DNA of 64,000 bases. It comes from Flavobacteriales bacterium UBA2104 (GTDB taxonomy: Bacteria; Bacteroidota; Bacteroidia; Flavobacteriales_D; Crocinitomicaceae). The notes under the pieces were generated by a model. That model made no database searches, was not told the origin of the DNA, and was given only the letters and a program-made list of their open reading frames with translations. Location of the stretch: positions 9,171 through 73,170 of the forward strand of contig DCYS01000037.1 of assembly GCA_002331485.1 (NCBI GenBank). The letters are read 5' to 3'. A program made the position numbers and the translations under genes. Of the stretch, positions 40,178-48,545 are shown in pieces. The number at the start of each line of letters is the position of its first letter. The stretch's first letter is position 1.

Positions 40178-41035
40178 CTATTTCTCAGCTTCCCAAGCTT
40201 TTATAGATTCTTTGTTCATCTTCATGTAATTCTCATTACCTGCTGCTTTTGCACTTTCAAAAGATTTCTTTGCTGTACTGATCGCTTGCTTTTTCATTCC
40301 AAGCTCATATTCGATCAGTGCCTTTTTACGTACATACCAGAAAGCTTCTTCCCCTCTTATTTCAATAGCTTTATCTATAAAGGACAAAGCTTCTTTCAAG
40401 TTCTTTTTAGAAGATAAATAATAGCTTGCAGCTCCATAATAATCACGTTCTGTAATACTATCACTCTTCATTGTTTCTTTGATAGAAGCCTCTGTCAACT
40501 CATCTGTAGGAAACTCCATCGGTACAACAATTCTCGTATTCTCCCAAGAAACAACCAAATCAGCTGATTTAGTGGTTAAATTATCAAAACTTAATGTAAA
40601 TGTTTCGATAGTTTCACCAATTTTCATGCTTTTCGCATTTATTTTCAACGCAACCTTATCCGCATCGAATTCATCAGGTGTTCCCCAGTTATCAGTATCT
40701 TTATAAAAGATAATAGTCCATTCCTTCTCACCTACTTTTGCAAACAATGCATACTCTCCACTCGGCAATTCGTTTCCTGCTATAGTAGCATCTGTTGAGA
40801 GCTCAATAGTCGTATTCTTGTTTGCTCCAAAGCGCCATGTCGTTCCATATGGTATTAGATCACCAAAGATCACTCTTTCTCTTTTAGAAGGTCTTGAATA
40901 TTCTATTTCAACTTCAGAAAGTCCAATAACTTGTTCAATTTCAGCCTTAGGACTTAATTGAGGAACCTGTACTTGAGACCTTCCAAAAGGGGCAATTCCT
41001 ATTAAAATTGCAAATGCGATAATTTTCTTCATCAT
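40178..41035 (-). CDS. DUF2911 domain protein with C-terminal helical/TPR-like region
   Basis: PQLSP, IEYSRPSKRER, WRFGAN and DNWGT. The start is placed at MMKKII; upstream TATATTTG element. Confidence 0.88.
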   Translation of the reverse strand: MMKKIIAFAILIGIAPFGRSQVQVPQLSPKAEIEQVIGLSEVEIEYSRPSKRERVIFGDLIPYGTTWRFGANKNTTIELSTDATIAGNELPSGEYALFAKVGEKEWTIIFYKDTDNWGTPDEFDADKVALKINAKSMKIGETIETFTLSFDNLTTKSADLVVSWENTRIVVPMEFPTDELTEASIKETMKSDSITERDYYGAASYYLSSKKNLKEALSFIDKAIEIRGEEAFWYVRKKALIEYELGMKKQAISTAKKSFESAKAAGNENYMKMNKESIKAWEAEK

Positions 41036-41250
41036 TTTCTTTTTTTTATTTTCTAGCAACAAATATAAGTTTTTAATGTTCGTCTTAACTCATTCGTTTA
41101 ACGTCTTCAGATTGACATAATTACAGTAAAACGAACCTGCCTCCTACCTTTCACATCTAGAATTATCCGTTTGGAAACGGTTTTATGGTTTTTTGTTTTT
41201 ATTGTTGTAAATTGCAAAAGCTAAAAATGTAAAACTCAATAAACTAAAAG

Positions 41251-44200
41251 ATGATGAAACGCTATCTGCTTCTGAGTCTTGGATTGTTATTTTTCACAAT
41301 TAACAATATCAACGCTCAACAAATGGTAACGAATGAAGCCGCGGAAGAGGCTTCAATTATTCCAAACCAAATTATTGTTCGAATGCATGACGATCGAGAT
41401 CCGAACGTCGTATTACGAAGTGTCCCTGCTCAGTACGAACTCGAAATCAATCGAGTATTGTCTAAGCATACAGACATTTGGTTATTCGAATTTGACAACA
41501 ATGCTGCCTCGATAGAAGAAGTTCTTTCTGCAGTTCGTCGAGTAAATTCAGTATGGCTAGCCCAAAAAAACCACAAGGTTGAATTAAGAGCAGCTCCAAA
41601 TGATACTGATTATGGTAGCCAGTGGCAACATAACAACATCGATTCTGAATTAGCATGGGATATCACGACTGGTGGTACAACTGCTAACGGAGATGATATA
41701 GTTGTTGCGCTTATTGAAAGTGCTGACCTTATCGGTCACGAAGATCTTTCAGGTAACCATTGGGTAAATACGGCAGAAACTCCAAATAATGGAATTGATG
41801 ACGACGGAAATGGTTACATTGATGACTATAATGGTTGGAATGTTTCCTCAAATGATGACAACATCGGTACAGGTGGTCATGGTACAAGCGTTGCTGGTAT
41901 GATTGGTGCCCAAGGTGACAATAACCAGGGAGTTGTTGGTGCAAACTGGAACGTAAAGATAATGGCCATCGCAGGTTATGCGAATCCTTTTACAGAAGCA
42001 AATATTGTTGAAGCTTATACTTATGCTTTAGACGCTAGAATACTGTGGAATCAAACCAATGGTGCAGAAGGAGCCTTTGTAGTTGCGACTAATGCATCAT
42101 GGGGTGTTGATGGAGGTGATCCTAACAACTATCCAATATGGTGTAGTTTCTATGATGATTTGGGAGCTGCAGGTATTCTTAACGCAGGTGCTACTACAAA
42201 TCAAAATCAAGATGTTGATACTTTCGGTGATGTTCCTACCGGATGTGCTAGTGATTACATGATCGGTGTAACTGCTACGGACCAATCAGACATTATCGAT
42301 TTTGCTGGGTATGGTGATCAAACGATCAATGTGGCAGCACCTGGTTCAAGTATTTATACTACACAACCAAATGATGGTTATGGTCCTACTTCAGGAACTT
42401 CTTTTGCTTGTCCATTGACAGCAGGTGTTATAGGGTTAATGTATAGTATTCCTTGTCCTAACTTTATGGCAATGGTTCAAAATGATCCACAAGGTACAGC
42501 GGATATAGTTATGCAGGCTCTATATGATGGAGTTGATCAATCAGCTCACTTACAGGCAAGAACAATTTCTGGTGGTAGAATAAATTCTAAGAATTCTATA
42601 GACCTTCTAATGAATCAAACTTGTAGTTCTTGTATTGCTCCTGATAACATTACAACAACTACAGTTAATGATAATGATGCAACAATCACCTTTGATAACG
42701 TGACTGATGCAGATGATTATGACATTTATATCCAAGAACAAGGTTCTGGTAACTGGACGATGTATAACACAACTAATACGAGTTACCAGTTCACTGGATT
42801 AACTTCTTGTACTGTTTATGAATATTATGTTGAGTCAAATTGTGGTAGTGAGACAAGTATTTCTTCAGCTACTATGACTTTCACTACTACTGGATGTGGA
42901 AGTTGTATTGACCTCAACTACTGCGCTACAGGAACTACCGCAGATCCTGATGTATTCTTAGGAATTCATTCACCAGGTTCGGTTGAGACTGAATATACAA
43001 CCTATACGATCACAACAGGATGGGGTGCTGATTTAGGTTCAGGATTCGCTTATGGCGATCTCGTACTTGTTGATGACGGTACTGCCGCTGCAGAAGAAGG
43101 TTGTAACGCTTTAACGAATGGTGCTGCAATTAATGGAAACATCGCTGTAGCTACTCGCGGAACATGTAATTTCTCGCTTAAAGCTTTGAATGCTCAGGAC
43201 GCTGGAGCTATCGGATTGATTATTATAAACAATCAAGGTAATTCACCTCAAGAATTAGGTGATGGTGGTGAAGGTCCACAAGTAAATATACCTGTAGTTA
43301 TGGTTTCTCAGGCTGATGGTGCCGACCTATTAGCTCACCTTCAAAATGGTCAAACTGCAGTTGGATTCATGGGACAACAATCAGAATGGATCGAATCCAT
43401 GGATATCAATGGAACACTTGTAACAAGTGGAGATGATGGAGGATACAGAGCTCCTGATCTTGCTCCTATTTCAATGAATATTGGTCAAACAGTTCCATTC
43501 ACTATGACTCCAGGATTTGGAGGACAGAATGATCTTGAGCAGTATACTCGTATCTGGATGGATATCGATCAGAGTGGTACTTTCGATGCAGGAGAGCTTA
43601 TTTACGATCAAGGAGCTGCTAGTACAGGTCCACTTACGGATAACTTTACAGTTCCTGGAACTGCTGTTGTAGGAAGTACACGAATGAGAGTTCAAATGTC
43701 TTACCAGGGATACGGATCTGATCCTCTTCCTGCAGTGTGTGGAGACTTTACTTCAGGTGAAGTTGAAGATTACTGTGTAGATCTTGTATCAAGTACAATC
43801 TGTGGAATGGATATTTCAAGTAATGTTACAGATCCAAGTTGTTCTCAAGTTCAAAATGGTTCGATAAGTATAAGTGTAACAGGCGGAAATCCAGGATATA
43901 CATACAGCTGGAACAACGGTGCCGGAAATGTTACCGACGTTAATAACCTTAATGCTGGAACATACACTGTTACAGTAACAGATAACAGCGGTTGTGATAC
44001 AACTGCATCATTCATATTAGACTATGCAACAAACATTACCGTTAATGGAAATGTAACAGAACCAAGTTGTGCTGGTCAGAATGACGGTTCGATTACGGCA
44101 TCTGCATCTGGAAGTACTGGATTTACTTACCAATGGACAAATGGACCTGGAACAGCTGATTATAACAACCTAGATGCAGGCACATACGAAGTCACTGCTA

Positions 44201-44976
44201 CTGATGGAGATGGTTGTAGTGCAACAGAATCGTTTACATTGAACTACACAACCAACTTGTCAATGACAGAAACAATTACTCAACCAACTTGTAATGATAC
44301 ACAGGATGGTGAGATCTCTGTTAGTGTTTCAGGTGGTACTAATGTAACTTACCAGTGGACAGGAGGTCCTGCTGCTGATACGTGGACAGGAATAGGAAAC
44401 GGAACATATACAGTTGTTGCTACTGACGCATCAGGATGTGAGATCACAGATTCTTACACTTTAGCTGCGAACCCGGTAACTCCTGCTGCAGGATTTACGA
44501 ATAATGCAAATGGATTGGTTGTTGACTTCTTCAACAGTTCTACAAATGCAACTTCTTACAGTTGGGATTTCGATGATGGTAACACATCAACTGATTTCAA
44601 CCCAACTCACACGTATGCTGCTGCTGGAACTTACAATGTTTGCTTAACAGCATACTCTGATTGTGAGGAGTCAACAATTTGTCAGGATATAACGGTTAGT
44701 GAAGATGTATCAAGCTTGAATGGTGAAGATATAGAAGATTTCATTACGGTATATCCAAACCCAACATCAGATGAAGTAACATTTGAAATTACAGCAGCTG
44801 GAATAGATAATATTACAGTTTATGACGCTGCTGGTAAGTTGATCACAACTGTGAAGATCAGTCAGGTGAACACAACAATAAACGTTTCAAACTGGATGAA
44901 TGGAGTTTACCTCTACCATGTTCAGGATGAAGAAGGAAATACACGATATGTAAACCGTGTAAGCGTTGTGAATTAA
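41251..44976 (+). CDS. Multidomain S8 subtilase (propeptide-S8-FN3-PA-GEVED-SprB-like repeats-PKD) with T9SS type-A CTD
   Basis: HGTSVAG, GTSFACP, AWDITTGG, PA motif RGTCNFSLKALNAQDAGA, SGEVEDY and WDFDDG; CTD VYPNPT...IYD...GVYL. Confidence 0.93.
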   Translation: MMKRYLLLSLGLLFFTINNINAQQMVTNEAAEEASIIPNQIIVRMHDDRDPNVVLRSVPAQYELEINRVLSKHTDIWLFEFDNNAASIEEVLSAVRRVNSVWLAQKNHKVELRAAPNDTDYGSQWQHNNIDSELAWDITTGGTTANGDDIVVALIESADLIGHEDLSGNHWVNTAETPNNGIDDDGNGYIDDYNGWNVSSNDDNIGTGGHGTSVAGMIGAQGDNNQGVVGANWNVKIMAIAGYANPFTEANIVEAYTYALDARILWNQTNGAEGAFVVATNASWGVDGGDPNNYPIWCSFYDDLGAAGILNAGATTNQNQDVDTFGDVPTGCASDYMIGVTATDQSDIIDFAGYGDQTINVAAPGSSIYTTQPNDGYGPTSGTSFACPLTAGVIGLMYSIPCPNFMAMVQNDPQGTADIVMQALYDGVDQSAHLQARTISGGRINSKNSIDLLMNQTCSSCIAPDNITTTTVNDNDATITFDNVTDADDYDIYIQEQGSGNWTMYNTTNTSYQFTGLTSCTVYEYYVESNCGSETSISSATMTFTTTGCGSCIDLNYCATGTTADPDVFLGIHSPGSVETEYTTYTITTGWGADLGSGFAYGDLVLVDDGTAAAEEGCNALTNGAAINGNIAVATRGTCNFSLKALNAQDAGAIGLIIINNQGNSPQELGDGGEGPQVNIPVVMVSQADGADLLAHLQNGQTAVGFMGQQSEWIESMDINGTLVTSGDDGGYRAPDLAPISMNIGQTVPFTMTPGFGGQNDLEQYTRIWMDIDQSGTFDAGELIYDQGAASTGPLTDNFTVPGTAVVGSTRMRVQMSYQGYGSDPLPAVCGDFTSGEVEDYCVDLVSSTICGMDISSNVTDPSCSQVQNGSISISVTGGNPGYTYSWNNGAGNVTDVNNLNAGTYTVTVTDNSGCDTTASFILDYATNITVNGNVTEPSCAGQNDGSITASASGSTGFTYQWTNGPGTADYNNLDAGTYEVTATDGDGCSATESFTLNYTTNLSMTETITQPTCNDTQDGEISVSVSGGTNVTYQWTGGPAADTWTGIGNGTYTVVATDASGCEITDSYTLAANPVTPAAGFTNNANGLVVDFFNSSTNATSYSWDFDDGNTSTDFNPTHTYAAAGTYNVCLTAYSDCEESTICQDITVSEDVSSLNGEDIEDFITVYPNPTSDEVTFEITAAGIDNITVYDAAGKLITTVKISQVNTTINVSNWMNGVYLYHVQDEEGNTRYVNRVSVVN

Positions 44977-44995
44977 TAGATACAATTGAATTTAG

Positions 44996-45029
44996 AAAAG
45001 GCTGCGGTATGATACTGCAGCCTTTTTTT
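44996..45029. terminator. Bidirectional intrinsic terminator
   Basis: AAAAGGCTGCGGTAT-G-ATACTGCAGCCTTTTTTT between convergent genes. Confidence 0.85.
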
Positions 45030-46767
45030 ATTCGTCGATCGATAAATAAACAGGTAAAACCCCGTGATCCTCGTAGTGAGGAGAATTTCTGTAAATAAAA
45101 TTCAATTGTTGGTAACGACTTTCAGCAAATGAAGAATCTTGCTCCAACTTTTTTTCATAAGTTGCCTTCAATTCAGTGTTATCCTCCAATAACTTCGTTG
45201 CTATCTCTTCAAATACATAAGAAGAAAAATGTTCTTTTTGCTGCAAATAGCTGTCAAAAAAGTTCCAACTGAAATAGCTATCTACATACTCGGGAGATAA
45301 GAGTTTCGCAAGGAATCTTCTTTTAGACTGATCTGTTTTGATAAGAATATCACCTCTTTTCAATTGAACAGAATCGATGATTGTTTCATACTGAATAGTT
45401 CGATGCAGAAAATGACCTTCATAGGGGCGTTCGAGGGTACTATAATCAACAACTTTTAGCTTTTTCAAGCTCACCAAAGTATCCTTAGAGATCATTCTGA
45501 AAGCTACTTTATTTGCTTTCAAACGTTCGATCACATCAAAAGCTTGTCTCCCAACAACGAAATAATCAGGTATTAAAACAGAATCAGTTGGGCTATAGTT
45601 GAGAAAGTAAGGAATAGTCATGTCACTTGGTTGATCCTCATGGTACTTCAAACGTTTTCCTGTTGTTATTTCACTTGCTTCAAACGTCCACTCAAACTCT
45701 TTAAAATCTATTGATTCTGGTATTGAATCTAGCTTAAAATTAACCGGTAATTCTCTTTGTTGCTGATCATACTCGAATGCCTCTACTCTAGCCTTTTCAA
45801 TCGCTTTACTGTTCTCTTGTGAGTATTTTGCTGTTTCTATTAAAAAGCCGTAAGTAGATTTCACGCGATCTGGAAACGGTTTTAACATGTGTGTTTCAGT
45901 CGTAAATGAGATCGTATGGAATAAGTCAGTGTAACCCATAGAGTATCTTGGAGTCGCATTGAACTTAACCATTCCCTCTTTTGGAGTTCGTCCTTTCAAG
46001 TTTACGTATGGAAAAAGATCATATCCCCAATTTTTGTCGACAGATCTTTTTAAAGACGGAATCATATCTTCTTCAAAGATCGAACGGATAGAAGGTGCCA
46101 GCTTTTCCATTATCGGTGTGATGTAGGTCAATGTGTATTGATAATTCGCTCCATTACTTGTGTGAGTATCTATAAAAACATCTGGATCCAGACTATGGAA
46201 AATTTTGGCAAAGGTGAACATGTTTTTACTGTCCATTTTTACAAAATCTCTGTTTAGGTCGAGATTACTCGCATTTCCTCTAAACCCATGAAGTTCTGGC
46301 CCTTCCTGATTCGCTCTACTGTGCGCTCCTCGATTCTTCATACCTCCAATATTATAAGCTGGAATAATTCCGATGAGTGGAAAAGTCTTTCGTTCTGCTT
46401 CACTCATTTCGGCAAAATCAAGCGCTAATTTCATTGATGCATTAACTCCACATGGTTCTCCAGGATGAATCGCATTATTGATAAGTAAAGTTGTCGTTTG
46501 GCGGGCACTCTCAAATATAGAAAGACTATCCTCGTTTGACGGGTCATAATTCAATACACAGAGGTATATAGGTAGTCCATAATCAGAATCTCCCATATTA
46601 AAAAGTCTCATTCCCTCTGTCTTATCAGACAAATCCTTGTAGAAACTTATCGTCTCTTCGTAAGTTGGTGTTTGATTTGAAGTTAATAATTTGTCGTTGT
46701 CAAACTGTCCAATGGCCAAAAATGACATGAATATAATAGCTAGGCTCGAGATCTTTTTTGTGTACAT
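45028..46767 (-). CDS. M14-family zinc carboxypeptidase-like protein
   Basis: NNAIHPGEPCG (HxxE), NLDLNRDF, IDTHTSNG and TETHM. The start is placed at MYTKK; upstream TACCTTTG element. Confidence 0.85.
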   Translation of the reverse strand: MYTKKISSLAIIFMSFLAIGQFDNDKLLTSNQTPTYEETISFYKDLSDKTEGMRLFNMGDSDYGLPIYLCVLNYDPSNEDSLSIFESARQTTTLLINNAIHPGEPCGVNASMKLALDFAEMSEAERKTFPLIGIIPAYNIGGMKNRGAHSRANQEGPELHGFRGNASNLDLNRDFVKMDSKNMFTFAKIFHSLDPDVFIDTHTSNGANYQYTLTYITPIMEKLAPSIRSIFEEDMIPSLKRSVDKNWGYDLFPYVNLKGRTPKEGMVKFNATPRYSMGYTDLFHTISFTTETHMLKPFPDRVKSTYGFLIETAKYSQENSKAIEKARVEAFEYDQQQRELPVNFKLDSIPESIDFKEFEWTFEASEITTGKRLKYHEDQPSDMTIPYFLNYSPTDSVLIPDYFVVGRQAFDVIERLKANKVAFRMISKDTLVSLKKLKVVDYSTLERPYEGHFLHRTIQYETIIDSVQLKRGDILIKTDQSKRRFLAKLLSPEYVDSYFSWNFFDSYLQQKEHFSSYVFEEIATKLLEDNTELKATYEKKLEQDSSFAESRYQQLNFIYRNSPHYEDHGVLPVYLSIDE

Positions 46768-46828
46768 AACTTGAAAATTATGTACCAAAGGTAATTATAG
46801 ATAATGGAAAAAAGTGTGTAGGCTGATT

Positions 46829-47653
46829 TTACCCTCCTAAACCAACGTCGAGTGTCATCATGACCACAAACCCAAGAATGAATCCAAGTGTTGCTAGATC
46901 GGTGTATTTATCCTGTTGGGTTTCGGGAATCACTTCTTCAACCACAACAAAGATCATTGCCCCTGCAGCAAATGCTAAAGCGTAAGGAAGTATTGGTTCA
47001 AAAAAGGATACTGCAATTGCTCCGAGAACACCGAAAATAGGTTCTACAATAGCTGATAATTGTCCATACCAAAAACTTCTCTTTCGAGAGGCTCCTAACC
47101 TCCTCATCGGCATTGAAACAGCAATCCCTTCTGGGAAATTCTGAATTCCGATCCCGATAGCTAATGTAACTGCCCCTGCAATAGTTGCCCCGGGTACATC
47201 TGCTGCTACTCCTCCAAATAAAACTCCCACAGCAAGTCCTTCGGGTATATTATGAAGCGTGATCGCTAGAAATAACAATGTCGATTTTCGCCAGGATGTC
47301 TTCAATCCCTCTTTTTCACTTTCCTTGAAATTAATATGAAGGTGTGGCAATATCTTATCCAAACCAAAAATGAATAATGCCCCTAGAGTGAAACCTACAG
47401 CAGAAGGGATAACTTTTACAAATCCTGATCCCTCACTCATTTCAATTCCTGGGGCAAGAAGGCTCCAGAAACTTGCAGCGACCATTACACCACCTGTAAA
47501 CCCAAGCATACCATCTAAAAGCGCACGATTCATTGTTTTAAAGAAAAACACGAAAGCAGCTCCAAGTGCTGTCAAGCCCCATGTGAAAGTTGTAGCTATC
47601 AATGCACCTGTTACGGGGTCAAGTTCTTCAAAATATTTAATGATCTCATCCAT
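46829..47653 (-). CDS. ZIP-family (ZupT/GufA) divalent metal transporter
   Basis: AITLHNIPEGLAVG, GIQNFPEG and AAGAMIFVVVEEVIPE. Confidence 0.93.
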   Translation of the reverse strand: MDEIIKYFEELDPVTGALIATTFTWGLTALGAAFVFFFKTMNRALLDGMLGFTGGVMVAASFWSLLAPGIEMSEGSGFVKVIPSAVGFTLGALFIFGLDKILPHLHINFKESEKEGLKTSWRKSTLLFLAITLHNIPEGLAVGVLFGGVAADVPGATIAGAVTLAIGIGIQNFPEGIAVSMPMRRLGASRKRSFWYGQLSAIVEPIFGVLGAIAVSFFEPILPYALAFAAGAMIFVVVEEVIPETQQDKYTDLATLGFILGFVVMMTLDVGLGG

Positions 47654-47656
47654 AAC

Positions 47657-48322
47657 CTAAACAAGTTGTACAGTTATTTTAGAAGTTGCCGCTGCAGAGA
47701 GCGTAACCAATTCATCATTTATCAGTATTTCTCTGGAATCATCAAACTCATAGACCTCTTTCACACAGATCGAGGAACCTAAGTTAATCTTGTGACGATC
47801 TAAAAAACGTAAGAAAGAAGCGGAGCTATCTGCTACTCCAATAACGACAGCAGATTGATCCATGGCTAGTTCATTCAACTTGAATGATTGCTCCCTCTGC
47901 TGGATCTCACCTTCTGCATCTGGAATAGGATCTCCATGTGGATCGAACTTTGGATAATTCAAAAATTTATCAAGCTGATCAGTAAGTTTTAACGATTGAA
48001 TATGTTCGAGCTGTTCAGCGATCTCGTGAACCTCATCCCATCCAAAATTCAATTTTTCAACTAGAAAGGTTTCCCAAAGTCTATGTTTTCGAATAAGTTT
48101 CAATGCAGTGCGCATACCGTTATCAGTTAGCTCACATCCTTTATACTTCTTGTATTGGATCAGTTTTTTATCCGAAAGGCGTTTGATCATATCTGTAACA
48201 GAACTCGCCTTGGTATCCATACGATCAGCCAGATCATTCGTCCCTACTGGAGATGAAGTTTTCTGCTGTAAAGAATATATGGCTTTAATGTAGTTCTCTT
48301 CGCTCTGTGTTAACTGATCCAT
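47657..48322 (-). CDS. DtxR/MntR-family metal-dependent transcriptional regulator with FeoA-like C-terminus
   Basis: SEENYIKAIY, ASSVTDM, RKHRLWETFL, VHEIAEQLEH and DPHGDPIP. Confidence 0.93.
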   Translation of the reverse strand: MDQLTQSEENYIKAIYSLQQKTSSPVGTNDLADRMDTKASSVTDMIKRLSDKKLIQYKKYKGCELTDNGMRTALKLIRKHRLWETFLVEKLNFGWDEVHEIAEQLEHIQSLKLTDQLDKFLNYPKFDPHGDPIPDAEGEIQQREQSFKLNELAMDQSAVVIGVADSSASFLRFLDRHKINLGSSICVKEVYEFDDSREILINDELVTLSAAATSKITVQLV

Positions 48323-48341
48323 AAACCCTGTTAATGTTAAA

Positions 48342-48374
48342 CAAAGTTAAACTTTATTTTTAGACAAGACTAAA
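48342..48374 (-). promoter_or_regulatory. Promoter (-7 TAACTTTG) with an overlapping TTTAG-N6-CTAAA inverted repeat, a putative DtxR/MntR operator
   Basis: Minus-strand TAACTTTG at 48342-48349; TTTAG-ACAAGA-CTAAA at 48359-48374. Confidence 0.55.
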
Positions 48375-48426
48375 TCTATAAGATTCTTTTGTAGCTACGG
48401 ATAGAATATAAGCCATTCTCCAATCG

Positions 48427-48497
48427 TCACTTCAGTGAGAAAGTCCCGAAACTTCGGAACGTCTTCGAACTAATCCCGAGAGCGAAGCGAATCGGGA
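48427..48497. repeat. Cluster of short REP-like hairpins
   Basis: TCACT-TC-AGTGA, CCGAA-AC-TTCGG and ATCCCGA-N12-TCGGGAT in the intergenic gap. Confidence 0.6.
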
Positions 48498-48503
48498 TAT
48501 TCA

Positions 48504-48545
48504 CTGCTAATTGCTAACTGCTCACTGCTCACTAGTCACTGACTA
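48504..48545. repeat. Degenerate heptamer tandem repeat (6 units)
   Basis: CTGCTAA TTGCTAA CTGCTCA CTGCTCA CTAGTCA CTGACTA; the last unit contains the ABC-F stop codon. Confidence 0.75.
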
